DNA of 64,000 bases from Eledone cirrhosa (taxonomy: Eukaryota): assembly GCA_964016885.1 (NCBI GenBank), contig OZ024746.1, forward strand, positions 620,001-684,000. The letters run 5' to 3'. The notes under the pieces are model-generated. The model saw only the letters and a program-made list of their open reading frames with translations. It had not been told where the DNA came from and searched no databases. The translations under genes were made by a program, and so were the position numbers. Position 1 is the stretch's first letter. The number at the start of each line of letters is the position of its first letter. This document shows positions 26,487 to 38,482 of this stretch, piece after piece.

Positions 26487-27353
26487 CTAGCAGTAAAGCC
26501 CGGCGTTGCTCGGGGTCGCTCAGTAGCTGTGTTAAAGTTACAATGTTAAGTTTCTTTCTTGGCTTAAAAACTGTAGTGTCTACTGTGCAGACTTGCATGT
26601 GGTGTTTTTGATTAATATTCCCTCAACCAACAATATGCCTTATGAAGTTAAGAAAACATAACGATAACCCGAATGTTATAACAAAAGAGGATGCTGGGGA
26701 TAGAAACTGCACTGGTTATTTATTAACAAAGATCGAAAATGTAAACACTGCAACGCAGAGAAAAACATTAGCGTAACCAAATTATCAGTTATGTCTGTCT
26801 GCACGCCTATATCACCTCTCTGCACGACTGTTTGTCTGCACGCCTATATCACCTCTCTGCACGCCTATATCACCTCTCTGCACGACTGTCTGTCTGCACG
26901 CCTATATCACCTCTCTGCACGACTGTGTCTGCACGCCTAACGACGAAATATTTGCTTGTTTTACGTAGTCTTTAAATAGACTTGTTTTCAAGTAAAAATA
27001 TTGTTTTAAAATGCTTTTAAATGGAAATGAAGCAAAACGGAAGCTTAGTGTTCGTGTATTGTGTTAATGTCATTTTAAACGCTGAGAAAGCCAGCATAAT
27101 TTTTTACGTAAGACGCTCAATGTAAACAGAACAAAGGGAAATAACTGATAACTTACGCTCAAAAATCGATACATTATATTCGATTTCGTCACATAGGGTG
27201 GGTCAATTTGAAATTTTTTTTTTTCCGATGTCTTCGCTAGGGCTCAATGTACAAGTATAGCAATTTCGGTGCAATTCCGTAAGAGATTCTAAGAGGAGAT
27301 GTGTGCCAAAAATCGATAGACAGACAGACAACCACAGTTATATATATATAGAT
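26487..27353 (-). mobile_element. Non-autonomous Helitron-like element
   Basis: Minus strand starts a/tctatatatata..tgtctgtctgtc and ends with the hairpin cccgagcaacgccggg followed by ctgCTAGt. Confidence 0.75.
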
Positions 27354-28058
27354 AATAGACAAACATCATAGATATCTATTACAGTGATCAATGCCTTCCA
27401 TGGATATGACATCTTATCAGCATCAGCAACTTTCAACCATTGTGAAACTCACCAATACAACTATTTAGTGTAGGAGATTGTCTTTCATTATAAGACTTGG
27501 GTGTTTATCATTAAAACACTTGGGGAAAGCTCGTATCAGATGCAACTTTGTAGGAAGCCGGCTAAACCTACATGGGTGTGAGTTGTAACAATATTGAACA
27601 AATGGAGTAAGTTTATAAACACATCTGTTAAATACATTGGCTTTATCTTTATCTGTTACACTACTAATAAAACTAGTGACAGAGGAAACAGGCATAGCTA
27701 AGTGGTTAAGAAGTTGTAATTATGAGATCTGGGGTTTGACCTCACTACCTGGCATCTTGGTTAAGTGCTGTAACCTCAGGTTTACCCAAGCTTTGTAAGT
27801 GGAACTTGATTGACTGAAAGTATGTGGAAGCCTGTCAAGTGGATTATAGTTGTAATTCAAAGGTTCAGTTTGTCACATATTGTGTCATACCAATTCTGAC
27901 TGAGAATTACATCATTTTTAAATATTTCCATCATTGTATAACTTCTGTTTATAAAATATAGTTGACATAATAAACCATAGCTAAGCAACAAATAAATAAT
28001 ATATATATAAACATTAAAGAAAGATAGAAATATGAAGAAGAAGAAAGAAACAACTTAC

Positions 28059-28268
28059 ATGTCCAGCCAGATTGAAATAAGCATGATTTGTAAGATTAAT
28101 GGGTGTTGGTTTGGTTGTGGTAGCAACATAGTCAAGTTTAAGGCAGTTATCATCACTGAGTTCATATGTTACAGTAATAGTTAGTTCACCTGGAAAACCA
28201 CTTTGTCCATCATGACTTACATATGTCAATGACACCTTAGATCCAGCAATAGAAGGTTTCCAGTGGAC
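28059..28268 (-). CDS. GALM: GALM exon (human exon 3 equivalent)
   Basis: ttgtag|VHWKPSIAGSKVSLTYVSHDGQSGFPGELTITVTYELSDDNCLKLDYVATTTKPTPINLTNHAYFNLAGH|gtaagt. Contains the catalytic NH(A/S)YFNL motif. 210 bp, phase 0/0. Confidence 0.96.
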
Positions 28269-28464
28269 CTACAAATACACATTGAAAGGATATTTTCATA
28301 TTTATAACACACATCATCATCATCACCATTTAATGTCCATTTTTCCATGCTAGCATGGGTTAGACAAGTTGTCCCATTATCAGGCAAGTCAGATTAGGTG
28401 ACCATGTCTTGTTCATACAGAACTGTTTCTGGCTTGGTTTCTGTAGCTAGATGCCCTTCCTCAC

Positions 28465-29419
28465 ACAACCACTTTACAGTGTGTACTGGGTGCTTTTGTC
28501 ATGACACCTACACAACCCCATTACAGTGTGTACTGGGTGCTTTTTGCATGACACCTACACAACCCCATTACAGTGTGGGCTGGGTGCTTTTTGTCATGAC
28601 ACCTACACGACCCCATTACAGTGTGGGCTGGGTGCTTTTTGTCATGACACCTACACGACCACCTTACAGTGTGGGCTGGGTGCTTTTTGTCATGACACCT
28701 ACACAACCCCATTACAGTGTGGGCTGGGTGCTTTTTGTCATGACACCTACACAACCCGATTACAGTGTGGGCTGGGTGCTTTTTGTCATGACACCTACAC
28801 GACCCCATTACAGTGTGGGCTGGGTGCTTTTTGTCATGACACCTACACGACCCCATTACAGTGTGGGCTGGGTGCTTTTTGTCATGACACCTACACGACC
28901 ACCTTACAGTGTGGGCTGGGTGCTTTTTGTCATGACACCTACACGACCCCATTACAGTGTGGGCTGGGTGCTTTTTGTCATGACACCTACACAACCCGAT
29001 TACAGTGTGGGCTGGGTGCTTTTTGTCATGACACCTACACGACCCCATTACAGTGTGGGCTGGGTGCTTTTTGTCATGACACCTACACAACCCGATTACA
29101 GTGTGGGCTGGGTGCTTTTTGTCATGACACCTACACGACCCCATTACAGTGTGGGCTGGGTGCTTTTTGTCATGACACCTACACGACCCCATTACAGTGT
29201 GGGCTGGGTGCTTTTTGTCATGACACCTACACAACCCCATTACAGTGTGGGCTGGGTGCTTTTTGTCATGACACCTACACGACCCCATTACAGTGTGGGC
29301 TGGGTGCTTTTTGTCATGACACCTACACGACCCCATTACAGTGTGGGCTGAGTGCTTTTTGTCATGACACCTACACAACCCCATTACAGTGTGGGTTGGG
29401 TGCTTTTTGTTGTGATACC
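28465..29419. repeat. 48-bp minisatellite, ~20 copies
   Basis: Unit gtcatgacacctacacgaccccattacagtgtgggctgggtgcttttt. Confidence 0.96.
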
Positions 29420-30315
29420 AAATCGACCATATATATATATATCAGTTGGGAGGACTCTTCAGCTGTGCCATAGTTGTAACAACCTCCCTAGTGTTGGTGT
29501 CATGATAAAATATACTGTGTAGAGTCAGGTGGGGGGGGGGGGGGGTAACTGAGGGTTGGTAGCTCCACTTGAGTACTGACTCTAGCTGGGAAACATTGAT
29601 GTTGTTGATGGTAGTGATGATGACACAGACACACATATATATGTATACACACACATATACATATACACATATATATATATCATCATCATCGTTTAATGTC
29701 TATCTCCAACGCTAGCATGGGTTAGATGGGAGTTGTCCCACTTGAGGCAAGATTGGGAAGGTGACCGTGTCTCACTCGTATAGGACTATCTGGCAGGTTT
29801 TCTACAGATGCCCTTCCTAACACCAACTGCATTTACAGTGTGGACTGGGAGCATTTTTACCGTGTTACCTACACAACCACATTACAGCATATATATATAT
29901 ATAATATGTGTATATATATATATATATCAAAGTAGTCATTTTTTTAGTCATCTGAAATGTTTTGTAAACTCTGAAGTATTACTTAGTTATTAAACCTCTG
30001 TGTAAATAATCTGTTAACCCTATAATGTCTAAATTATCAATATATACAGAGACAAAACTGTTTTTTCTTAGCTTAAGTGTAAAGATTATGTTTGATATTA
30101 TAAATAAATCTTCTTATACATTTATACAGATAGATCATCATCATCATCATCACTACCACCATCACCATGATCATCATCATTACAATCATCATCATCACCG
30201 GAATTACTACTTTAAAGGGTGGACTGGGTGCTTCTTGTCATGGCACCAGAACTACCCCTTTACAGGATGCATTTGAGCTTGCTGCTCAGAGGACTTGATC
30301 CTTTTGATATATATA

Positions 30316-30914
30316 TAAATAAAAAAAGAAAATTTTCGCTCTACACGGCTGAATACAATAAATGTAATCTGAGTTTTTCGAATATTAATAACATTCGATT
30401 CGTTTGCAATTATGCAAACAAGCCTCAATTTTATAGCCATGTCAGTAGAATGAACCCTTCATTCTTGTTCTTGTGTTGGTATGTGAACACAACTGCAGAC
30501 ACTAATCTTTTTTATTTGAATTTGGCAAAGCCGGCCATTTATCGCTTGTATACAGGAAACTGACTGGCCAGTCTGCTGATATGCAAATTTGGCTGATCAG
30601 TGGATCTGCTAATGTGAAGACCTGACTGATCAACCAGTCTGCTAGTATGCAAATCAGGCTGATCAGTCACTGTATTTTTGAAAATAGCATATATTTTCAC
30701 TAGCTCTGACAAGTTTGGCACGTGAACAGTGAGCTGTACTGATGAAGGGTGATATCCAGAAACATTAGTGTCTGCAGTTCTGTTCACATGCCAACACAAG
30801 AGCAAGAATGAAGTGTTCATTCTACTGACATGGCTATAAAATTGAGGCTTGTTTACATAATTGCAAACGAATCGAATGTTATTATTAATATTCGAAAAAC
30901 TCAGATTACATTTA
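30316..30914 (+). mobile_element. Non-coding HHR-containing element (retrozyme-like, ~440-nt monomer) with inverted 5' arm
   Basis: 30363-30506 is the reverse complement of 30764-30911. Second copy at 61792-62201 in the opposite orientation. (TA)n flanks. No credible protein. Confidence 0.75.
30714..30794 (+). ncRNA. Type I hammerhead with extended, bulged stem I (retrozyme-like element)
   Basis: ttggcacgtgaaca-gt-gagctgta-CTGATGA-agggt(gat)atcca-GAA-acattagtgt-c-tgcagttc-tgttcacatgccaa. GUC site. Confidence 0.85.
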
Positions 30915-32240
30915 TATATATATATAAATATAAATTCAGCGAGAATCGTATTTCAGCTGGTAGAAAAAGCGAAACGAAACGCAAAATCGTAGAAATGCTG
31001 GCAAGCGCTCCAATAGTTAAGAAAACTAGAGCTAAACAATATGTTAAAACGCCATACAAACTGAAAAAGTGGTCAAGGCATTAACCACCTAAGCCAAAAA
31101 ACAAATCAAGCTAAACAGGTCAAAGAAAATAAATGATAAAAACGATGTATATATATATGTATGAATAGATATATATCTTATATATAAAGTGAAGTTGGGC
31201 GTTGTTTGTTTGTTTGGTGTCCTGAACTTGCAAGCTACACCGTTCATCCGATTTTCATGAAACTTGACACATATATAAAACTCGACCCGTAGATTGGAAT
31301 ATGCTACTTGAAAAAACGATAATCGGGCCCCCAGAAGCCAAAAATCGATATTTTCAAAAATCGTCCAATTTCGATGAAACTCGACGCAAGTGTGTATTTT
31401 GATCCGGGGATAAACGTGGGCTACATTAAATTTTCGATAATTGGATCACCAGAGGCAAAAATCGATATTTACGAAATTTGTCCGATTCCAATGAAATTTG
31501 ATGTAGGTATGTATTTTGATGCGGAGATCAGCCTGGGGTACTTGAAATTTAATAATCGGACCCCCAGATCCAAAAATCCGGCAACCGAAAAACGCCATTC
31601 TTCTTGCTTCCATTTGTCGCGACTCCCGCCATGCAAAAAAACGTTCAATCTATCAGGATTATCCACCGTAAGTCTCTTTAAATTAACGCTCACCATATTC
31701 AGCAAACCTTTTATGCCGATTCTTCCATTTCTTATATGAGGACTATCAAGACTATACCGCAGTGCATCATCCTGTATTGCGTCACACATACACACACAAA
31801 ACCAGTTCTAACACCAGATAACACCTAGCCCCCACTTTTACGATTAGACCTATCTTCCCACACTCACACACACACATACCTACACCTTCATGCTTTCTCC
31901 CACACACATATACAGGCACGCATATAAAATTTAAAAAACACAACAAAAACATAAACAAACCCCTCTTAAAGGGAGACTACTCTTTACCCACCTAATTTTA
32001 ATTCTTTGATATTAAAGTTAGAACTCTATACTATTTCCGGTCAGCATGGCTTCATTGGAAATTTAAGACGCTGGTCTGAGACTTTTACTTCCCTCCGAAG
32101 AAGAGATATTATCTCGAAAATTAAGGACATTTAAATAAATTCAAGGTGAAAGACGAATTCTCATCAATATCTCTCACTATTGCATTCTTTTTTCTATGTC
32201 CATATCTGCATTGTCTTGGCCTTATTACACATATTCTAAC

Positions 32241-32243
<3 letters not shown>

Positions 32244-32277
<34 letters not shown>

Positions 32278-32301
32278 TGTGTGTGTATATATATATATAT
32301 G

Positions 32302-32358
<57 letters not shown>

Positions 32359-32367
32359 ATATATATA

Positions 32368-32412
<45 letters not shown>

Positions 32413-32433
32413 ATATATATATATATATATGTT

Positions 32434-32480
<47 letters not shown>

Positions 32481-32501
32481 ATATATATATGTGTATATAT
32501 A

Positions 32502-32532
<31 letters not shown>

Positions 32533-32538
32533 GTATGT

Positions 32539-32570
<32 letters not shown>

Positions 32571-32587
32571 ATATATATATATATGTT

Positions 32588-32634
<47 letters not shown>

Positions 32635-32676
32635 ATATATATATATGTGTATGTGTGTATATATATATATATATAT
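32244..32676. repeat. Compound (TA)/(TG) microsatellite
   Basis: Alternating dinucleotide tracts. Confidence 0.95.
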
Positions 32677-33545
32677 CACAATAAATTAACGGAGCCATAG
32701 ACTCACGCTATTCCCTGTAAATAATGTGCTCAAAGGAGAGGAAATCCTGAGCTCTTTAAAATACAATATGTTGAAAAGGTAACACACTAGAGAGAGATAC
32801 AGTGTGCTATCAATAAAACAGGGAAAAAACCACCAGTGTATGGAATCTATAACCTATGGAAGGCAGACAATAGACACGATAATTAAAAATATAAATTAAA
32901 GCGTAAATAAATACCTCTATAACTATATAACACACGTACAAATCCAAATTTTATTGATAGCGCACTGTATCTCTCTCTAGTGTGTTACCTTTTCAACATA
33001 TTGTATTTTAAAGAGCTCAGGATTTCCTCTCCTTTGAGCACATTATTGACAGGGAATGGCGTGAGTATATGGCTCCGTTAATTTATCGTGATATTTCGCT
33101 CCTTATAACAGTCTTTCCTCTCTCTCTGTTTGGTTGAGCACACCTCTCTGAGTGGTTTTGGGCTGCCCTTTCTAGCAGCTCGTCCCTCAGAGGCCACTGT
33201 TTCACTGCCCTTAAACACGCTGTGACTTCTCTCTCCCACGTGTAGCTGGAAAGTCACTTTAAAATTCTCTTAGTGTTGTCTGTAATGTATAGCCTTACAC
33301 ACATTGACGAACCGGGGTTATTTCATTTCTGTCAACAACTTACTGGCGAAATAGATCTCTTTGGATTTGTACGTGTGTTATATAGTTATAGAGGTATTTA
33401 TTTACGCTTTAATTTATATCTTTAATTATCGTGTCTATTGTCTGCCTTCCATAGGTTATAGATTCCATACACTGGTGGTTTTTCCCTGTTTTATTGATAG
33501 CGCACTGTATCTCTCTCTAGTGTGTTACCTTTTCAACATATTGTA
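32674..33545 (+). mobile_element. Non-coding ~540-nt monomer element with terminal redundancy and inverted 5' arm
   Basis: ttttattgatagcgcactg... occurs at 32949 and again at ~33489. 32674-32948 is the reverse complement of the joined 33360-33488 + 32949-33093. Embedded in (TA)n. Confidence 0.75.
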
Positions 33546-33587
33546 TATATATATATATATATGTATGTGTGTATATATATATATGTT

Positions 33588-33654
<67 letters not shown>

Positions 33655-34005
33655 TATTAACCTTAATTGAATATATATCTGACCAGGAATGCTTTTTGTG
33701 AAAATCAGTCATATGGAACTATTGTCATCTTGCCTGACGGTCTGAACTTTACAACACCACCTGCCTCTTTGAGGTCAAATACCAACCCTACTAGCTTCTA
33801 CAAACTGACCAATGAGAATTAAGACTATTCCTGCTGACAACATTAAATTATTCCTAACAAGCTCATATGTCCCAAGGCTCTGATACCATAAACACTATAA
33901 ACACAGAGCTGGCATATCTAAGAACTGACTAACTGCCTGATGAGGTCATAGCCATTCAATGGCTATCATCGAAATATATATAGCAGTAAATAAAGGATTA
34001 TGAGT
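33655..34005 (+). mobile_element. PLE 3' end/pseudo-LTR with hammerhead (related copy at ~657-870)
   Basis: Contains a LPDGLN-like EN C-terminal remnant followed by an HHR and an A-rich tail. Sits between (TA)n tracts. Confidence 0.65.
33932..33987 (+). ncRNA. Type I hammerhead ribozyme motif
   Basis: actgc-CTGATGA-ggtcatagcca(ttcaa)tggctatcatc-GAA-atatatat-a-gcagt. Same family as 780-834, with compensatory stem II changes. Confidence 0.8.
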
Positions 34006-34028
34006 TTATGCAATTGACTTATGTTTCG

Positions 34029-34111
<83 letters not shown>

Positions 34112-34175
34112 ATAATATATATATATGTTTGTGTGTATATATATATATATATGTATGTGTATATATATATATATT

Positions 34176-34772
34176 CTCTTGTTTACTTGAGAGAAGGCTA
34201 CATTGGTATGGTCACGTGATGCGCATGAAAGACGACAGCTGTATAAAAAAGTGCAGGGCAATAAAGATAGCCGGTAGCCACGGAGTAGGCAGACCCAGAA
34301 AAACCTGGGACGACCTGATAAATTCCAAGACAATGTCACTGGACCGAGATCTTTGGCGGTACTCAGTAATAGAGAAGACCCGCCTTAACTAAATACAAAG
34401 TAAAACCTACTACAGTCAGTAGGCATCTCTAACAAAATACACCCCCGTCCCATCCACACCGCCCCTTTCAATGTAAAGTTATGTTGGTGCCACAACATCC
34501 AGGCCGAAACAAATGAGATCGTGTAGGTGTCACGACAAAAAAACACACAGTCCACGCTGTAATGTGGCCGTGTAGGCAACACGGTAAAAACCTCCCAGTC
34601 CCACACTGTAAATGTGGTTGGTGTTAGGAAGGGCATCCAGCTGTAGAAAACCCGCCAGACAGTCCTATGCGAGCAAGACAACCACTCTTGCCTCAAGTGG
34701 GAAAACTCCCGTCCAAACCCATGCAAGCGTGGAAGATGGACGTTAAACGATGATGATGAATGATGATGATGA
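34176..34772 (+). mobile_element. RTE LINE 3' fragment
   Basis: [26 protein letters not shown], 3' UTR and (GAT)n tail. Confidence 0.88.
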
Positions 34773-34774
34773 TA

Positions 34775-36074
34775 CAGGGTGCGGATGATATTTGTTCGCA
34801 AGATTACTGTCTAGGAAAAAATAACACAGTAGTTTTATTTTTAAGATATTTTTATCAAACTTGGGTCAGTTTGTCTTCATGACTTGTTCTTTCGATCTCA
34901 CTCGATAAACCCGCCATTGGCTTTGATGACGGCCTCGGAACCGGCTACAGACCTTCATCACTGTCCCCTGACTTAGGCCCCTAAAGGCACTTGTGATCCT
35001 GGCCTTCAGATCGTCTTTCGTATTGCAGCTAGATCTGTTGATGTCTCATTCCACTGTGCCCCACACAAAGAAGTCGAGGGGGTTGCAGTCAGGCGAGCTG
35101 GGAGGCCAGATGTCAAGTGAAGTGTGGTCGACGAAGTTCTCTGACAGCCAGGCTTGGGTCTTTCGGCTGGTATGGCAGGGTGCTGAGTCTTGCTGCCACA
35201 CGTACGGCCTACCTGCAGCTACCTGGTCGATCCAGGGCTTTACTACCTCGCTCAGAACGCGGATGTAGCCATCGGTGTTCAGCTTGAGGCCCTCAGGGAA
35301 GAAGTGAGGTGGCATGATGTCACCTTGACTGCTGACGACACCTAAGACCAATGTTGTTGCTGGAAACTTTGTCTGCATGACTCTGGGCACGTCTTTGGAT
35401 GAGACAGCAACAGCAAGCCACCTATTGTTCTGGGAGTTGATCTTCTGGCCTTGGCAGAAGTTTTTCTCGTCGGAGAAAAACCACAGCATGTCTGGCTCCA
35501 GTGGGTGTTTCAACTTGTTGATCAGCTTCTTTGCCTGCTTCAGTCGCTTTTCTTGCATCGCTTTTGACAGAAATTGTCCTTTCCTCATCTTGTATGAAAC
35601 GTAGCGAATGTCTTCATGTACCACCAGCATAATGAGCGTTTCATCCACGCCTTTTCCCTTGCAATGGCATGCATCGACTTGCTAGGTTCATTGTTGATGA
35701 TATCCTGAACTTCAGCAACGAACTCGGGCGTTCTGAAGGTGTCAGATCGTCGATCATGTGTTTTCCTCTCTGATGTTGCTTCGTAGTCGAATCTTGAATC
35801 TTCCAATTCATTTCTGACCTTTTCCACCATTCTCCTGCTGACGCTGAGAAAGTCTGAAATTTCCTTATTTGTCCTCCCGGCGCGGATTCCAAGAAGAACT
35901 CCGTGTCTCTGTCACAAATTTGGAGGTTCAAAATTATTCATAATCAATTATTCTGAAAATAAATAATGGAAATATAGTCACTGTTTTTATGAAGACAAGA
36001 GTGACATCAGATGTAAAAAAAATTTGCATAAAATTAGCAGTTGAAAATTGTGAACAAATATCGTCCACACCCTG
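34775..36074 (-). mobile_element. Tc1/mariner DNA transposon, DD37D (maT) family, frameshifted transposase
   Basis: TIRs cagggtg(c/t)gga(t/c)gatatttgttc(g/a)ca at both ends with TA flanks. FSDEKNF...QQDSAPCH-(37 aa spacing)-SPDCNPLD. 1300 bp. Confidence 0.93.
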
Positions 36075-36086
36075 TATATGTATGTG

Positions 36087-36159
<73 letters not shown>

Positions 36160-36163
<4 letters not shown>

Positions 36164-38482
36164 TCATCATCATTGTTTAACGTCTATCTCCCATGCTAGC
36201 ATGGGTTAGACGGGAGTTGTTCCACGTGAGGCAAGGTTGGTCGGGTGACTGTGTCTCACTCGTATAGGACTATCTGGCAGGTTTTCTATGGCTGGATGCC
36301 CTTCCTAACACCAACCACATTTACAGTGTGGACTGGGAGCTTTTTACCGTGTTACCTACATGACATTATAGCATGGACTGTGTTTTTTTGTCATGACACC
36401 TATACAATCTCTTTAGTTTGGACTGGATATTGTGGTACCAACATAACTTTACAGAGAGAGGGTGATGTTGGTGTGAGTGGGGGGGGGGGGGGGGGTAGTG
36501 GGTTGGTGTGCATGTTTGGTTTGGAGAGGCCTACTGACTGTAAGTTAACTTTGCACATAGGGAAGGCGGGTCTTGTGTATTATTGCGTGGCACCAAAAAT
36601 TTCGATCCAGTGACATTGTCTTAGAGAGGTGCAAGGTCAGAATTTATCATGTCGTCCCAACTTCTTCTGTGTTTACCTACTCCGTAACTTCCATCAATTT
36701 TGATCGCCCTGCACTTTTTTATACAGCTGTGGTCTTTCATGCGCATTATGTGACAGTACCAACATAATCTTCTTTCAAGTAAACAGCATCTGATCCCTCT
36801 TATTCCTAATTTCTCACTTAGTTCAATTATGTTTTGCCGTTCGTGTATATTGTTATTACACATCCAATGGAGCATGCATGCTTCGTTCCTTTCCAGTCTG
36901 TGCAGGTCCTCTGCACGTAATGCCCATGTCTCACTGCCATGTAACATTGCTGTTCGTATACAGGCATCATACAATATGCCTTTCATTTTCAGAGAGAAAC
37001 CTTTAGTGGCCTTTAGCAGTATAAGCTCTCTGAACTTTTTCCATCCCGTTCTAACTCTGGCGACTACTTTCAGAGCACCCTCCACCACTGCTGATTTTGT
37101 CATCCAGGTAACAGAAATTGTCCACTATTTCTATAGAACCATCTAGGCAGTAGAAGGAGCTAGTATCCTGTGGGCACTTGCTACTTATTGCACCTGAGCA
37201 TGAGCAACATATAAAATCTATGTTCTTAGATAGCTTGCCTGTGATCCCATTACATCTTTTATGTACCCATACTTTGTATTTGGGACATAAAATGGAATTT
37301 CTACCTACTCCTTTCCTACACTCTGAGCGTGGCCATTTCCCAGAGGACACCTGTGCCCTATTTTCCTTTCTACATGCTAGCGTGGAAGATAGACATTAAA
37401 CGAAGATGATGATACTAGAACTTTAGTCTTAGACAAGTTAACTTTAAGGCCTTTTGATTCTAGGCCATGCTTCCATGTTTGGAATTTTTTCTCTAGTTCA
37501 GCCATAGATTCTGTTATGAGAGTTAGATAGATCATCTGCATATAGAAGTTCCCATGGACAGCCGGTCTTAAACTCCTCTGTTATAGCCTAAAGGGCAATA
37601 ATAAACAGGAGGGGGCTAAGGACAGAGCCTTGATGAACACCTATGTTTACACTAAATTCTTCACTATATTCGTTGTTAATTCTAACCTTACTGACTGTTT
37701 CTTTATACATGGCTTGTATAGCTCTCACAAGCCATCTCCTCCTAGCTTTCTAAGGGCCCACCAGATAATGGAGCGGGGGGACTCTGTCAAAAGCTTTCTC
37801 CAAGTCAACAAAAGGTAAGTAGAGGGGTTTACTTTTAGCTAGGTACTTCTCCTGTAGCTGTCGTACAAGGAAAAGAGCGTATGTGGTACTTTTACCTGAC
37901 ACAAACCCGAACTGCATTTCATCTAGATCAATTCGCTCTCTGATTAGTTGCGCTATAACTCTTTCTGTGACCTTCATGACCTGGTCAACTAACTTAATGC
38001 CTCTATAGTTTCCCCTATCTAGATCATCTCCTTTACCCTTGTAGCAGTTAATGATGATGCTTCTACGCCAGTCATTTGGTATGACTCCATTCTGTATGAC
38101 TTGGTTAACTATACGGGTAACCATAGTGTGTATCACCATTCCAGATGCTTTCAACATTTCAGCAACTATCTCCAAAGGCCCAGCCACCTTGCCTGTCTTC
38201 ATATCTTTGATTGCCTTACTTATTATAAAACTACTAATTTGCACAGTTGGTCCCTCTATTGGATCGATTTAGGGCAGACTATCTTTTTCCCATTTATTCT
38301 CCTCATTTAGTAGCCTCTCGTAGTGACACTTCCAAGCTACCTTCTTATCAGCATCAGTGAGGGCAAGTACACCATCATCATTACGGACACACTTCTCCCC
38401 GACAATATCACGGTTTTCCTTGACACATTGTCTTGCAATCCTGAACACCTCACGTTTTTGGTCCTCGCATTGTAGAACGTGC
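36160..38482 (-). mobile_element. RTE LINE, truncated and decayed, same family
   Basis: ORF fragments at 38269-38484, 37750-38244, 37051-37350 and 36621-37103 match the 15133-18145 copy. 3' UTR and tail at left. Confidence 0.92.

Noticed and set aside
28398-29473. Three overlapping ~300-aa repetitive ORFs
   Set aside because: Artefact of a stop-poor 48-bp tandem unit.
30539-30820. 93-aa and 120-aa ORFs shared by the two retrozyme-like copies
   Set aside because: Antisense to the hammerhead, no recognisable domain, and similarity is explained by nucleotide identity of the repeat.
32146-32700. Multiple YI/CV-rich ORFs
   Set aside because: Translations of (TA)/(TG) microsatellites.
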